Shown one piece after another: positions 19,838-30,017 of a DNA stretch of 64,000 bases. Position numbers and translations under genes: made by a program. How positions within the stretch are numbered: position 1 is the stretch's first letter; every line of letters starts with the position of its first letter. Below the pieces are notes generated by a model. The model was given only the letters and a program-made list of their open reading frames with translations, was not told where the DNA came from and made no database searches. Origin of the DNA: Deltaproteobacteria bacterium (GTDB lineage Bacteria > Desulfobacterota > Desulfobacteria > Desulfobacterales > C00003060); NCBI GenBank assembly GCA_003647275.1, contig QMMN01000004.1, positions 1,337 to 65,336 of the forward strand, in the 5' to 3' direction.

Positions 19838-21118
19838 ATGAGCAATAGGTGTTCCATAAGGATGATAGGTTTTGTGGCCGTTTTTGCCCTTCTTTTTGCA
19901 ACACATGCCTCGGCTGCGCCAGGGAAGATCGTCATCGGCCATCCAGCATGCCTTTCAGGAAAGTATGCCAAGGCTGGGGAACAGGCCATAGGTGGAATAA
20001 AGGCATGTGTGGATTGGGTGAATAAAGTTTATGGCGGGGTCACGGTAGGCGGGAAAAAGCTCCCTCTCGAATACAAATACTATGATTGTGAGTCCAAAAA
20101 GGAGGCTGTTACAAGCCTTATCTCGCGGCTGATTACAGTTGATAAAGTAGATTGTATTTTTGCTCCTTATAGTTCTGGGCTTACGCTTCGGGGAGCCCCT
20201 GTGGCTGAAAGTCACAAGATGCTTTACATGGATCACGGAGGTGCAAACAACAAAATTTTCCGCCAGGGATTTCAATACATTGTCCAAACCATTGGTCCAG
20301 CCAGCAGGTATCACGAGGGAACCCTTGACATGATTCATAAGGTTGATCCCCATGCCAAGCGGGTCGCGTTGGCCTATGAGGACTCTGAGTTCGCAAAAAT
20401 GGTCATGGCTGGAGCAGAAGAACATGCCAAAAAGCTTGGCTTCAAGATCGTCTTCAAACGGACTTACCCTAAAGGGGTCACCGATCTAACCCCCCTTCTT
20501 TCTGCCTTGAAGGCAGCCAAGCCAGATATCGTCATTGGAGGGGGACATTTTGAGGACGGTCAGCTTTTTAATCGACAGATGGCTGATCTGGACATAAACG
20601 CCAATGCCCTGTCACTGATAGCGGCCGCAACCCTGCCGGCCTTCTACAAAGCCTTAACGGGCATGGCCGAAGGCGTCATGGGACCTTCACATTGGGAATA
20701 TGGGGTGAAATACGCTCCTGAAGAGGCCAAAAAGGTTGGCCTCCCCTGGATTGGTCCGAGTCAAGATGAATTTGTGAATCTGTTCAAAAAGGCTTTGGGC
20801 AAAGATATCATACCGGATTATCATGCGGCTGAGGCCGGAGCTGCGGTCTTGGCGCTGGTCATGGGGATAGAGAAGGCTGGTAGCGTCGATTCTGATAAGG
20901 TTAGGCGTGCCCTTGGCGATCTTGAGTTCATGTCCTTTTACGGGGGCTGGGACGTTGATGACACCGGGCTTCAGGTCGGGCATTCCATGGTAGACGTCCA
21001 GTGGCAAGGGGGAAAAAGGGTTATTGTATGGCCTGCTGAAGCCCAGACAGGCAAACTTTACTATCCCATGCCCACCTTTGCTGAAAAGGCCAAGGGGAAG
21101 TTAGCCGTGCCCAAATAG
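19838..21118 (+). CDS. livK: Branched-chain amino acid-type ABC transporter substrate-binding protein
   Basis: Signal peptide, LSGKYAKAG, APYSSGLT, DYHAAEAGA; strong RBS AGGAGG; heads a liv operon. Confidence 0.85.
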   Translation: MSNRCSIRMIGFVAVFALLFATHASAAPGKIVIGHPACLSGKYAKAGEQAIGGIKACVDWVNKVYGGVTVGGKKLPLEYKYYDCESKKEAVTSLISRLITVDKVDCIFAPYSSGLTLRGAPVAESHKMLYMDHGGANNKIFRQGFQYIVQTIGPASRYHEGTLDMIHKVDPHAKRVALAYEDSEFAKMVMAGAEEHAKKLGFKIVFKRTYPKGVTDLTPLLSALKAAKPDIVIGGGHFEDGQLFNRQMADLDINANALSLIAAATLPAFYKALTGMAEGVMGPSHWEYGVKYAPEEAKKVGLPWIGPSQDEFVNLFKKALGKDIIPDYHAAEAGAAVLALVMGIEKAGSVDSDKVRRALGDLEFMSFYGGWDVDDTGLQVGHSMVDVQWQGGKRVIVWPAEAQTGKLYYPMPTFAEKAKGKLAVPK

Positions 21119-21193
21119 TAAGATACTCGCTTATTTTCACGAGAAGGTGGAGCCGGTGAGGACAAATCTCACTTTTCCCGGCTGGTAGCCTGT

Positions 21194-21242
21194 TGAAAAT
21201 CTCCTCCACTAAGCCGGAAGTGCCTTAGGGAGGAGATTTTCA
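21194..21242. repeat. Intercistronic hairpin between the binding-protein gene and the permease
   Basis: TGAAAATCTCCTCC ... GGAGGAGATTTTCA 14-bp perfect inverted repeat with inner CTAAG/CTTAG. Confidence 0.75.
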
Positions 21243-21296
21243 CATCAAGGCAAGGGTCGAGATCTGCCAACCTGATCTGGGTTAGGACATAACACC

Positions 21297-22184
21297 ATGA
21301 TATTAGAGCAGCTAATCGGAAACCTGATTCAGGGCCTTGTGCTCGGTGCGATCTATGGTATGGCAACCATGGGTCTCAGCCTGATATTCGGCGTTCTCAG
21401 GGTGGTTAATGTCGGCCATGGGGCCTTCATCATGGTGGGGGCATTCATTGCATGGTGGTTATTCAGCGCCTTGGGGGTTATTCCAATACTGGCCATCCCC
21501 GTTGCCTTGGTTATAGGCCTGGCCCTGGGGTTCATATTCTACTATTCGGTGCTTCGCAGGTTAATCAAGGCCCCGGAACTTGCTTCCTTGCTGGCCACCT
21601 TTTCTATTGGCGTTTTGCTGGAGGAGACCGCCAAGCTTATCTTTGGTTCTGAGTTTCGAGGTTACAATTGGGCTGTAGGCAAGATAACTCTCCCCATGAC
21701 GGTTTTGCCAATGACAAAGCTCTATGCCTGCCTTGGCAGTGTGCTTATTGCCGTTTTGCTGTATATATGGTTCAACAAGACCAGGGCTGGGACCGCGATG
21801 AGGAGCGTTGTTGAGGACAGTGAGGGGGCCAAGGTATGCGGCGTGAATGTCGAAGGGGTCTATGCCATGAGCTTTGCCCTGGGCATAGGGTTGACCGTTG
21901 TGAGCGGCGTTCTCCTCACAATGTTTATTCCCGTGGGCATTAATCCTTATATGGGTGGGCCATACACCCTGAAGGCCTTTGTAATCGCAGTGCTCGGCGG
22001 GCTTGCATCTCCCTATGGTGCCTTTTTTGGAGGCTTGGTCTTTGGGCTTATAGAAAACGGATCTTATACCTTGTTTGCCTTTCTCCCCGGCGTAGAGCCC
22101 TTTGCCTTGACCAGGTTTTTTTCCTGTATGATGCTCCTTGTGATACTTCTGATTAGACCCACCGGGCTGTTGAGGGCCAAATGA
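21297..22184 (+). CDS. livH: Branched-chain amino acid ABC permease
   Basis: GLSLIFGVLRVVNVGHG, KAFVIAVLGGL, IRPTGL. Confidence 0.92.
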   Translation: MILEQLIGNLIQGLVLGAIYGMATMGLSLIFGVLRVVNVGHGAFIMVGAFIAWWLFSALGVIPILAIPVALVIGLALGFIFYYSVLRRLIKAPELASLLATFSIGVLLEETAKLIFGSEFRGYNWAVGKITLPMTVLPMTKLYACLGSVLIAVLLYIWFNKTRAGTAMRSVVEDSEGAKVCGVNVEGVYAMSFALGIGLTVVSGVLLTMFIPVGINPYMGGPYTLKAFVIAVLGGLASPYGAFFGGLVFGLIENGSYTLFAFLPGVEPFALTRFFSCMMLLVILLIRPTGLLRAK

Positions 22185-23182
22185 GAGCGGATCCCACCAA
22201 ATATTACCCCCTCATCCCTGTGTATGTCGCATACCTCGCCATGTTCTTGATCGGAAGCAACATGACCGGGATGTGGCAGTTGATGGCCATGCTTGCTTTT
22301 TACTGCGCTCTTGGTCAGGCTTTTAACATCTTCCTCGGTATGACGGGCTATGTTGATTTCGGTTATGTCGCTTTCCTGGGCGTGGGGACCTATGGGATGG
22401 CATTAGGCATCACGAAATTGGCCCACGTGGAGGAACTTGGAATAGGGATCATCATCATCGGGTTGGCCTTGGCAGTGGTGATGGCCACCCTGTTGTCTTT
22501 GGCCGTGGGGGCTGTGGCGCTCAGACTGAGAGGGGCTTACTTTGCCATTGCCACTATCGGGGTCAACGAGGGTTTCAGGTATTTTATTGAGGGGGCAAAG
22601 ATATGGAATGGTTCTGAAGGCATGATATTTACGGCGGAACTCAACCAGATCTTTGGAAGAGAAACAGCCAGCGCACTGTCCACCTTTTGGGCTGATGTCT
22701 TGGTTCTAATAATTGCGGCCGCGGCCGCATTTGTGACACTTTACTACATGAAGAGTAAAATCGGTTATGCTCTGACGGCTCTCAGAGAGGATGAGGATGC
22801 CGCCAAGGTGATGGGGATTCATGTAACGAAATACAAAATCATAGCCTTTATTACGAGTGCGGTTTTTGCCGGGTTACTCGGAGCCTCTGCATGGGCCCTA
22901 AAAACCCCCTATGTGTTCCCACCTGAGGTTTTTGAGATCCATTACACGGTGGAGGCCATCATCATTGTGCTTCTGGGTGGGGCCGGGACCCTTCTTGGTC
23001 CCTTGGTCGGTGGGCTTATCTATGGCCTATCCAAGTATTATCTGTCCATTGTTTTACCGGGATTTCAACTCCTTATTTTTGCTCCGATCATCATCCTGAT
23101 CATCGTGTTTTTTCCGGAAGGGATCGTCGGGATGTTGAAAAATCGGGTGAAGGGTACAGCCTTGGAGCAGTATGTCCTTTAG
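22181..23182 (+). CDS. livM: Branched-chain amino acid ABC permease
   Basis: TGYVDFGYVAF, LRLRGAYFAIAT, ALREDEDAAKVMGI, LLGGAGT, PEGIVG. Confidence 0.92.
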   Translation: MRADPTKYYPLIPVYVAYLAMFLIGSNMTGMWQLMAMLAFYCALGQAFNIFLGMTGYVDFGYVAFLGVGTYGMALGITKLAHVEELGIGIIIIGLALAVVMATLLSLAVGAVALRLRGAYFAIATIGVNEGFRYFIEGAKIWNGSEGMIFTAELNQIFGRETASALSTFWADVLVLIIAAAAAFVTLYYMKSKIGYALTALREDEDAAKVMGIHVTKYKIIAFITSAVFAGLLGASAWALKTPYVFPPEVFEIHYTVEAIIIVLLGGAGTLLGPLVGGLIYGLSKYYLSIVLPGFQLLIFAPIIILIIVFFPEGIVGMLKNRVKGTALEQYVL

Positions 23183-23193
23183 GGGGCGCTTAT

Positions 23194-23988
23194 ATGTCCC
23201 TATTAAAGCTGGATCGTGTCACTAAGCGCTTTGGCGGTCTGCTAGCCGTTGATCATGTAAGCTTGGAGATCGAGGCTGGAGAATTGATCGCCATCGTAGG
23301 CCCGAATGGTGCTGGTAAGACGACGTTGTTCAATATCATGAGCGGTGTCTTCATCCCTGACGAGGGGAGGGTCATCTTTGAAGGCCGGGATATCAGCCGG
23401 CTGCCACCTTACAAAAGAGCACCTCTGGGCATTGGGCGAACTTTTCAAATCCCAAGGCCTTTCAGCTCGGCCACAGTCAGAGAAAACATCGCCATTGGTG
23501 CTATGTTTGGCACCTTAGGGAAAAAGGTGAGCGTGGACGAGTCCTTGAAAATAGCTGACCGGTATATCGATATGGTGGGCCTGCAACTCCATAGGGGCAA
23601 GGCCGCTGGGAGCCTTACGCCGGTGGAAAAAAAAATGATGGAAATTGCCCGTGCCCTTGCAATGAACCCTAAACTTTTGTTGATGGATGAGGCCATGGCC
23701 GGGATGAACCCCAAGGATATCGATCACATGGTTGCGTTCCTCATGCGGATAAAGGATGAGGAAAAGATTTCGGTCATTGCCATGGTCGAGCATATCATGA
23801 GGGCCGTGGCCGGATTGGCCGAAAGGGTCATGGTGATGCACCAAGGGGCAAAGTTAGTGGATGCCGCCACAACAGAGGCCTTGAGCGATCCGAGAGTCGT
23901 AGAGGTATACTTTGGGGGGGCACCCAAGGAATTTAAAAAGAACTGGAAAAAGACCAATGGCCCTGAAAGCGACAAGGGGACGGCTTAA
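23194..23988 (+). CDS. livG: Branched-chain amino acid ABC ATPase
   Basis: KRFGGLLAV, GPNGAGKTT, RTFQIPR, LLMDE. Confidence 0.93.
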   Translation: MSLLKLDRVTKRFGGLLAVDHVSLEIEAGELIAIVGPNGAGKTTLFNIMSGVFIPDEGRVIFEGRDISRLPPYKRAPLGIGRTFQIPRPFSSATVRENIAIGAMFGTLGKKVSVDESLKIADRYIDMVGLQLHRGKAAGSLTPVEKKMMEIARALAMNPKLLLMDEAMAGMNPKDIDHMVAFLMRIKDEEKISVIAMVEHIMRAVAGLAERVMVMHQGAKLVDAATTEALSDPRVVEVYFGGAPKEFKKNWKKTNGPESDKGTA

Positions 23989-24008
23989 TAGGCCGCCGGG
24001 AAGATCAT

Positions 24009-24716
24009 ATGCTGAAGGTTGAAAATATTGAATCTGGCTATGGGTCGATGCAGGTATTATGGCAACCCAGTTTGGAGGTTAAGAAGGGTTCGATAACCTC
24101 CCTACTCGGGCCTAATGGGGTCGGAAAGTCGACCCTCCTGCGGACCATATTGGGTTCAGTGGAGCCCTGGCATGGGAGGATCACTTATGAAGGAAGAGAT
24201 ATCACCCCCCTGCCGACCCACAAAAAAGTGGACTTGGGCATTACCCTGGTCCCCGAAGGAAAGCACCTGTTTGTTGAGATGACGGTCCATGAGAATTTAA
24301 TCATGGGGGCCTATCGAAAGGAGGCCTTTCAACATATGCATGATTCCCTTAAGCTCGTATACGCTCTTTTCCCTGTTCTCAAGGAAAGAGATAAACAAAA
24401 GGCCGGTTCACTGAGTGGCGGCGAGCAACAGATGCTGACGATCGCTCGGGCACTGATGACCAAGCCAAAACTCATTATGCTGGATGAGCCAAGTCAGGTA
24501 TTGGCACCCAAGCTTGTCGGTGAAGTTTTCGAGACCATTGAAAGATTGAAGGCGGAGATAGGGTTAACCATACTCCTTGTGGAACAAAACGCTGAGGCCT
24601 CGCTTAAGGCAGCCGACTATGTTTACATCATGCATGAAGGCAGGATCAAGGCAGAAGGAGGCGCCGAGGAAATAGCAGCATCACGTGACATGAGAGAGGC
24701 TTATCTGGGCATATAA
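24009..24716 (+). CDS. livF: Branched-chain amino acid ABC ATPase
   Basis: GPNGVGKST, LSGGEQQML, MLDEPS, LLVEQN. Confidence 0.93.
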   Translation: MLKVENIESGYGSMQVLWQPSLEVKKGSITSLLGPNGVGKSTLLRTILGSVEPWHGRITYEGRDITPLPTHKKVDLGITLVPEGKHLFVEMTVHENLIMGAYRKEAFQHMHDSLKLVYALFPVLKERDKQKAGSLSGGEQQMLTIARALMTKPKLIMLDEPSQVLAPKLVGEVFETIERLKAEIGLTILLVEQNAEASLKAADYVYIMHEGRIKAEGGAEEIAASRDMREAYLGI

Positions 24717-24808
24717 AAACTGGATACTGGATTGTGCTCATAAGTCCCATTTCAGCAATCAACCAGTATCAAGTATCCAACAAGGCAACACAAACGGAGG
24801 AAGGTCTT

Positions 24809-25504
24809 ATGTTAGTAAAGGGATGGATGACAACTGATGTCATTACGGTGAATGAGGACACCTCCATGATGAAGGCATCGATCATCATGAAGGAAAAGAA
24901 GATCCGCTGTCTCCCCGTGGTCAACAAGACGGGCGAACTGGTGGGCATTGTCAGTGATAGCGATTTGAGAGACGCTGCACCATCCAAAGCAACAACCCTG
25001 GATGTGTATGAGCTGAATTATTTGCTTGCTTCCATCAAGATCAAAGACATTATGACCCAAAATATCGTCTTTGTGAAGCCTGATGAGACCGTGGAATTTG
25101 CTGCCATTCTGATGCTTGAAAACAAGATTTCCTCGCTTCCGGTCATTAACAGCAAGGGTGCCCTGATCGGCATTATTACACAAACCGATATTTTTAAGGT
25201 GCTGATCAATATCACAGGTGTTTACACCGGGGGTATCCAGTTTGCTTTCAGTCTGGAGGATCGTCCAGGTTCGATCAAAGAAGCTGCTGACGTGATTCGT
25301 TCTTATGGGGGGCGCATTGTAAGCATTCTATCCACACACGAAAACGCCGAAGAGGGGCGCCGCAATGTTTACATACGCAGCAGCCTCTTGCCAGAAGACA
25401 AGCTCAGAAACCTGGTCAAAGGACTGGAAGAAAAGTTTGTGGTCCTTTATACATCCAAGGACTTGCTGGAGGAGGTCGAAAACCGAAGAGTGCGCATTCC
25501 GTAG
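24809..25504 (+). CDS. acuB: AcuB-like CBS-pair + ACT domain protein
   Basis: MLVKGWMT (ATG 24809, RBS GGAGG), PSKATTLDVYELNYLL, EDRPGSI. Confidence 0.85.
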   Translation: MLVKGWMTTDVITVNEDTSMMKASIIMKEKKIRCLPVVNKTGELVGIVSDSDLRDAAPSKATTLDVYELNYLLASIKIKDIMTQNIVFVKPDETVEFAAILMLENKISSLPVINSKGALIGIITQTDIFKVLINITGVYTGGIQFAFSLEDRPGSIKEAADVIRSYGGRIVSILSTHENAEEGRRNVYIRSSLLPEDKLRNLVKGLEEKFVVLYTSKDLLEEVENRRVRIP

Positions 25505-25827
25505 TGCCGGCCTCTACTGGGGTGATGAAAATGAGCCTTTTCTTGATACTAATATTGCTCCCGTTTTTGTTCCAACTTGGTATCTGCCATCTGAGGTCCT
25601 AAGTGGAACGGTTGCGGTTGCGCGGCTCGTATCGGGATTCGTGGAACGGCCCGCCCTGGCGCGACAGAAGTTGGGCAATGTCACAGAGAAAAAAACTGGT
25701 CTGGGATAGGGTTATCGGAAAAGAACAACGCAACCGACCGACGTTATACGAAACGAGTGGCGCAACCCCTAAACGATTAACGATTCATGAATAACGATGA
25801 CTGCATAGGCTGAATCTACGAGGTGCC

Positions 25828-28233
25828 TTACATATCGGATTTGAAAAACTGCCCCGGCTCAGTGATAGAACCGGGCTTTTTTGAGTATTCGGTGGGGACC
25901 GTTCCTTCCTTAAAGCATTCAAAGATCGTGTGCTTTGATTCGGGAACTGCCAAGAGTCCGGTCTCCGCATCTATTTTGGCAAAGACCACACCATCGGGTA
26001 CTTGAAAGACCCGTACAGACTTGTCCTTGAGGATTGCCTGCATAAATTTCAGCCAGATGGGACTCGCAGCCCTGGAACCTGTTTCATCAACGCCGAGTGG
26101 TTTCTCTTCATCAAAGCCCACCCATACCCCTGTTACATAGCGTGGGGTATATCCTATGAACCAAGCGTCGTGCAGGTCATTGGTCGTACCGGTCTTGCCT
26201 GCTACAGGACGGTTAAGGGCCTTAACCCGCCAACCGGTTCCATGCTGAACCACCCCCTGGAGAAGATTGGTCATGATATACGCCGTGCTCTTTTCAATCA
26301 CTTTTTCGCTTTCGGGCTGATTTTCCTCTAAAACATTTCCATCTCGATCCAGTATCTTAGTGATAAAACACGGCTTTGCCCGGTATCCCTGGTTGTTAAA
26401 AATGGCATAAGCGCCCACCAGCTCAAGGAGGGAGACCCCTGATGAGCCGAGCGCCAGGGAAAGGTCCCGAGTAAGGTTCGATTGAATACCCAGTTTTTTT
26501 GCATAGTCGATGACATAATCTATGCCGATATCCTTAAGTATCTTGATTGTGACGACGTTTCGGGACTGAGCCAGAGCGGTCCGGAAAAGAGTGGGACCGT
26601 GGAATTTTTCTTCGTAGTTCCTGGGTTTCCAGGTGAATTCCTTTTTTGTATCTTCATATACGATTGGTGCATCTATGATGATGGTTGCAGGAGTATAGCC
26701 TTTATCAAGAGCAGCAGCGTAAATAATGGGTTTAAAGGCGGAGCCGGGCTGACGCCTCGATTGTATGGCCCGATTAAACTGGCTTCCCTTGAAGTCTCGA
26801 CCGCCGATCATAGCCTTTACGTAGCCGGTTTCAGCCTCCATGCAAAGGAGTGCCCCCTCTACATCAGGTATCTGTTCCAAAGATAAATCCCACTGACCTG
26901 CATCTCCCTGGCGACCCTTGACGCGTACGAGGATGACATCGCCCACCTTGAGAACATTGCTGACCTTCTTCACTTTGACATTATAGTAAGCAACGTTTGG
27001 GTCTGGTTTCCTGGCCCAGTTCATATCCTTAAGATAAAGGTTTCCTTGTTCGCTTCCGATGCGAATCGTGGCCTTTTGCTCACGATCATCGACTGCAATT
27101 ACGACCCCTTGGAGGATTCTGTCAGGTTCCAGGGCGTGTTTCTCAAGGGCCCTTTGGATTTCTTGAGAAAACGCCTCAAAGTTCTCTGGCTCTAAATGTT
27201 TGAGCGGGCCCCGATACCCTTGCCTTTTGTCCAGTGCGGCTAGCCCGTGGTTTAAGGCAGCCCGCCCTGCCTTTTGCATTTCGATGTTGACAGCCGTGTG
27301 TATTGTAAGGCCCTCCTTATAGAGGACATCCCTGCCGTATTTTTCCTCCACATACCTTCGAACGTATTCAGTGTAGTAAGGGATTTCCTCAATGTACCAG
27401 TTGCGTCTGGGCTTAATATCAACCGGGGTGTTGATGGCCTCGGTTGCCTGGACATTTGTAATATATCCTTCATCGATCATGCGATTTAACACATAAATCT
27501 GGCGCTGTTTGGCCCGTTCAGGATGCAGAAACGGTGAATAACGACTGGGGGCCTGTGGCAGCCCGGCCAGCAAGGCGCATTCAGCCAGATTAAGATCGCT
27601 CACTGACTTTTCAAAGTAGTTCTCGGCTGCGGCCTCAACACCGTAAGCACCGTGTCCTAAATATATCTGGTTCAGATAGAGGAACAGAATTTCATCCTTG
27701 GTAAAGGCCTTGTCGATACGATAGGCGAGAATCGCCTCTCGTGCCTTCCGCACATAGCTTTTTTCAGGTGACAGAAAGAAAGACTTGGCAACCTGCTGGG
27801 TTATCGTGCTTCCCCCCTGAATGATGGTGCCGGCTTCGAGGTTTTTTAAGAATGCTCGGGCGATGCTGAAAAGGTCAACGCCTTCATGCTTGAAAAAGCG
27901 AGCGTCTTCGGCCGCAACAAAGGCATTGATGAGCATCTTTGGCATCTTAGAGAGGGGTACAACAATTCTCCGTTCTTTGAAGAACTCGGCGATCTTGCGA
28001 TTGTCATCCGAGTAGACAGTGGTGATAATAGGTGGGCGGTAATCCTTTAGTGAGGATATCTTTGGAAGACTTTTTGTAAAGTAAAAATAAGCCCCTCCTA
28101 GAGAAAGCCCGGATAGGAGGGAAAAGACAATCACGGTCACGTAAAAAATATAAAACAGCTTCCCCAGGGTTCCCTTCTTGCCCCGTCTGGATCTTATCTC
28201 TTTGATCTGAGTTCGAGTTCGAGAATGTGCCAT
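25828..28233 (-). CDS. mrcA: Penicillin-binding protein 1A (bifunctional transglycosylase/transpeptidase)
   Basis: EDARFFKH, GGSTITQQ, RQPGSAFKP (SxxK), SRN, KTGT. Confidence 0.96.
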   Translation of the reverse strand: MAHSRTRTQIKEIRSRRGKKGTLGKLFYIFYVTVIVFSLLSGLSLGGAYFYFTKSLPKISSLKDYRPPIITTVYSDDNRKIAEFFKERRIVVPLSKMPKMLINAFVAAEDARFFKHEGVDLFSIARAFLKNLEAGTIIQGGSTITQQVAKSFFLSPEKSYVRKAREAILAYRIDKAFTKDEILFLYLNQIYLGHGAYGVEAAAENYFEKSVSDLNLAECALLAGLPQAPSRYSPFLHPERAKQRQIYVLNRMIDEGYITNVQATEAINTPVDIKPRRNWYIEEIPYYTEYVRRYVEEKYGRDVLYKEGLTIHTAVNIEMQKAGRAALNHGLAALDKRQGYRGPLKHLEPENFEAFSQEIQRALEKHALEPDRILQGVVIAVDDREQKATIRIGSEQGNLYLKDMNWARKPDPNVAYYNVKVKKVSNVLKVGDVILVRVKGRQGDAGQWDLSLEQIPDVEGALLCMEAETGYVKAMIGGRDFKGSQFNRAIQSRRQPGSAFKPIIYAAALDKGYTPATIIIDAPIVYEDTKKEFTWKPRNYEEKFHGPTLFRTALAQSRNVVTIKILKDIGIDYVIDYAKKLGIQSNLTRDLSLALGSSGVSLLELVGAYAIFNNQGYRAKPCFITKILDRDGNVLEENQPESEKVIEKSTAYIMTNLLQGVVQHGTGWRVKALNRPVAGKTGTTNDLHDAWFIGYTPRYVTGVWVGFDEEKPLGVDETGSRAASPIWLKFMQAILKDKSVRVFQVPDGVVFAKIDAETGLLAVPESKHTIFECFKEGTVPTEYSKKPGSITEPGQFFKSDM

Positions 28234-28539
28234 AATTGTTTTGTAACAAAAAATAGTTTAACGAGCAAGAGCCATTGAGTCCTTGGAGGCATTTTGGGTC
28301 GGGTTGAGGCACTCTTGGGGCTAAATCACCAAAAGAAGATCCTGAGTCCTCTTTTTTTCTGTTTGCAACCCGTCAAGGGGGATTTTTTGGTGGGTAAGTC
28401 GCTGATATCACCTCATAGCTGCGATAATGGCACAAAATTACAATGGGCACCTGAACTTGTAGGCCACCTACGTGCCCCTCCAGGCCGGAGGCTGGTTTGA
28501 GTGACGCGATACATTCTGCCCCTGACAAGCAGGATGATT

Positions 28540-28614
28540 TGACCTGACCTTAAAAAGAGATGCCCCTTAACGGCTTTCTCATGTCAGGTGGACGCCTGTT
28601 TTGGCAACAGCCTG
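28540..28614. mobile_element. Partial family-A MITE (one end only)
   Basis: CTCATGTCAGGTGGACGCCTGTTTTGGCAACAGCCTG matches the ends of the 6782 and 19400 copies; left boundary is uncertain. Confidence 0.6.
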
Positions 28615-28661
28615 AAATATACTTGACACAGTTGAGAGATTCCGGCTACAAGCCTGTACCC

Positions 28662-29036
28662 ATGATTCCCCTAAATTTTGAAAAATGCGGCGGGTTGATT
28701 CCAACGATTGTACAGGATTTTGAAACCGGCGAGGTCCTGATGCTTGCTTTTATGAACGAGGAGGCCTGGCGAGAAACCTTAAAAACGGGTAAGGCCACAT
28801 ACTGGAGTCGCACGCGCCAAGAGCTTTGGGTCAAGGGCAAAACGTCCGGCCACGTCCAGTGGGTCAAGGAGATTTGCATTGACTGCGACGACGATACCGT
28901 GCTTTTGAAGGTGGAGCAGGTGGGCGAGGCTGCTTGTCATACGGGGTATCGGAGTTGTTTTTTCAAAAAGGTGGAAGGGGACTCAGTTCGAGTGGTTGGC
29001 AAGAAAATTTTTGATCCCAAGGAGGTATACAAATAA
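28662..29036 (+). CDS. hisI: Phosphoribosyl-AMP cyclohydrolase
   Basis: [33 protein letters not shown]; start ATG 28662. Confidence 0.95.
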   Translation: MIPLNFEKCGGLIPTIVQDFETGEVLMLAFMNEEAWRETLKTGKATYWSRTRQELWVKGKTSGHVQWVKEICIDCDDDTVLLKVEQVGEAACHTGYRSCFFKKVEGDSVRVVGKKIFDPKEVYK

Positions 29037-29037
29037 C

Positions 29038-29913
29038 GTGACAGAAAAACTTAAACTAGGAATTCCCAAAGGGAGCCTTCAGGAAGCTACAATTGCTCTG
29101 TTTAAGCGGTCCGGGTGGAAGATTGATATCAACGGACGCAGTTATTTTCCGGAGATTAACGATAACACAATTGAGTGCGCCATCTGCCGGGCCCAGGAGA
29201 TGTCGCGGTACGTGGAAAGTGGCACCCTGGACGCGGGCCTCACAGGAAAGGACTGGATATCTGAAAACGAATCCGATGTCCAGGTTGTCGAAGATTTGGT
29301 TTATTCAAAGGTAAGCCAGCGACCGGCCCGTTGGGTCCTGGCTGTCCCTTACAATTCTAACATTGAAAAACTGGAGGATCTGGCAGGGAAAAAGATTGCA
29401 ACCGAGTTGGTCAATTTTACCAAAAAGTATTTTGCGCGACGAGGTATTGATGTCAAGGTAGAATTCTCATGGGGGGCTACCGAGGCCAAGGTTGTTTCTG
29501 GTTTGGCCGACGCTATCGTAGAGGTGACTGAAACTGGCAGTACTATTAAAGCCCATGGACTCAAGATCATCCATGAACTGCTTCAGACCAACACCCGGTT
29601 GATTGCTAATCATGCGGCATGGGCCAACCCGGAGAAGCGAGAAAAGATAAAGCAGATCGCACTTCTCTTAAAGAGTGCTTTGCTGGCCGAGAAAATGGTG
29701 GGGCTGAAGATGAATGTGCCCGAGGAAAAGCTAAAGCAAGTCGTGGAGATTCTTCCGAGCCTCAATGCCCCGACCGTATCTCCTCTTTACCAGTCAGACT
29801 GGTTTGCTGTGGAAACAGTCGTGGCCTCCTCTGTGGTGCGCGATATTATCCCCGAACTGCTCAAAAATGGGGCCGAGGGGATTATTGAATATCCGCTGAA
29901 CAAGGTGATTTGA
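29038..29913 (+). CDS. hisG: ATP phosphoribosyltransferase, long form
   Basis: [36 protein letters not shown]-terminal regulatory domain; GTG start 29038. Confidence 0.95.
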   Translation: MTEKLKLGIPKGSLQEATIALFKRSGWKIDINGRSYFPEINDNTIECAICRAQEMSRYVESGTLDAGLTGKDWISENESDVQVVEDLVYSKVSQRPARWVLAVPYNSNIEKLEDLAGKKIATELVNFTKKYFARRGIDVKVEFSWGATEAKVVSGLADAIVEVTETGSTIKAHGLKIIHELLQTNTRLIANHAAWANPEKREKIKQIALLLKSALLAEKMVGLKMNVPEEKLKQVVEILPSLNAPTVSPLYQSDWFAVETVVASSVVRDIIPELLKNGAEGIIEYPLNKVI

Positions 29914-30017
29914 CGTTGAAGGTTAGAGGATAAAGGTTAAATGTCATTTCCCTTAAAGCGAAGTGACTACAAGGATCGGGTGCAAAAGCCCTCCGATCGA
30001 TTTCAAGGAACTTTTCT

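Noticed and set aside
25525-25794. Signal-peptide-like MKMSLFLILILLPFLFQLG followed by a stop
   Set aside because: Possibly a decayed secreted-protein gene, but no family could be recognised in any frame.
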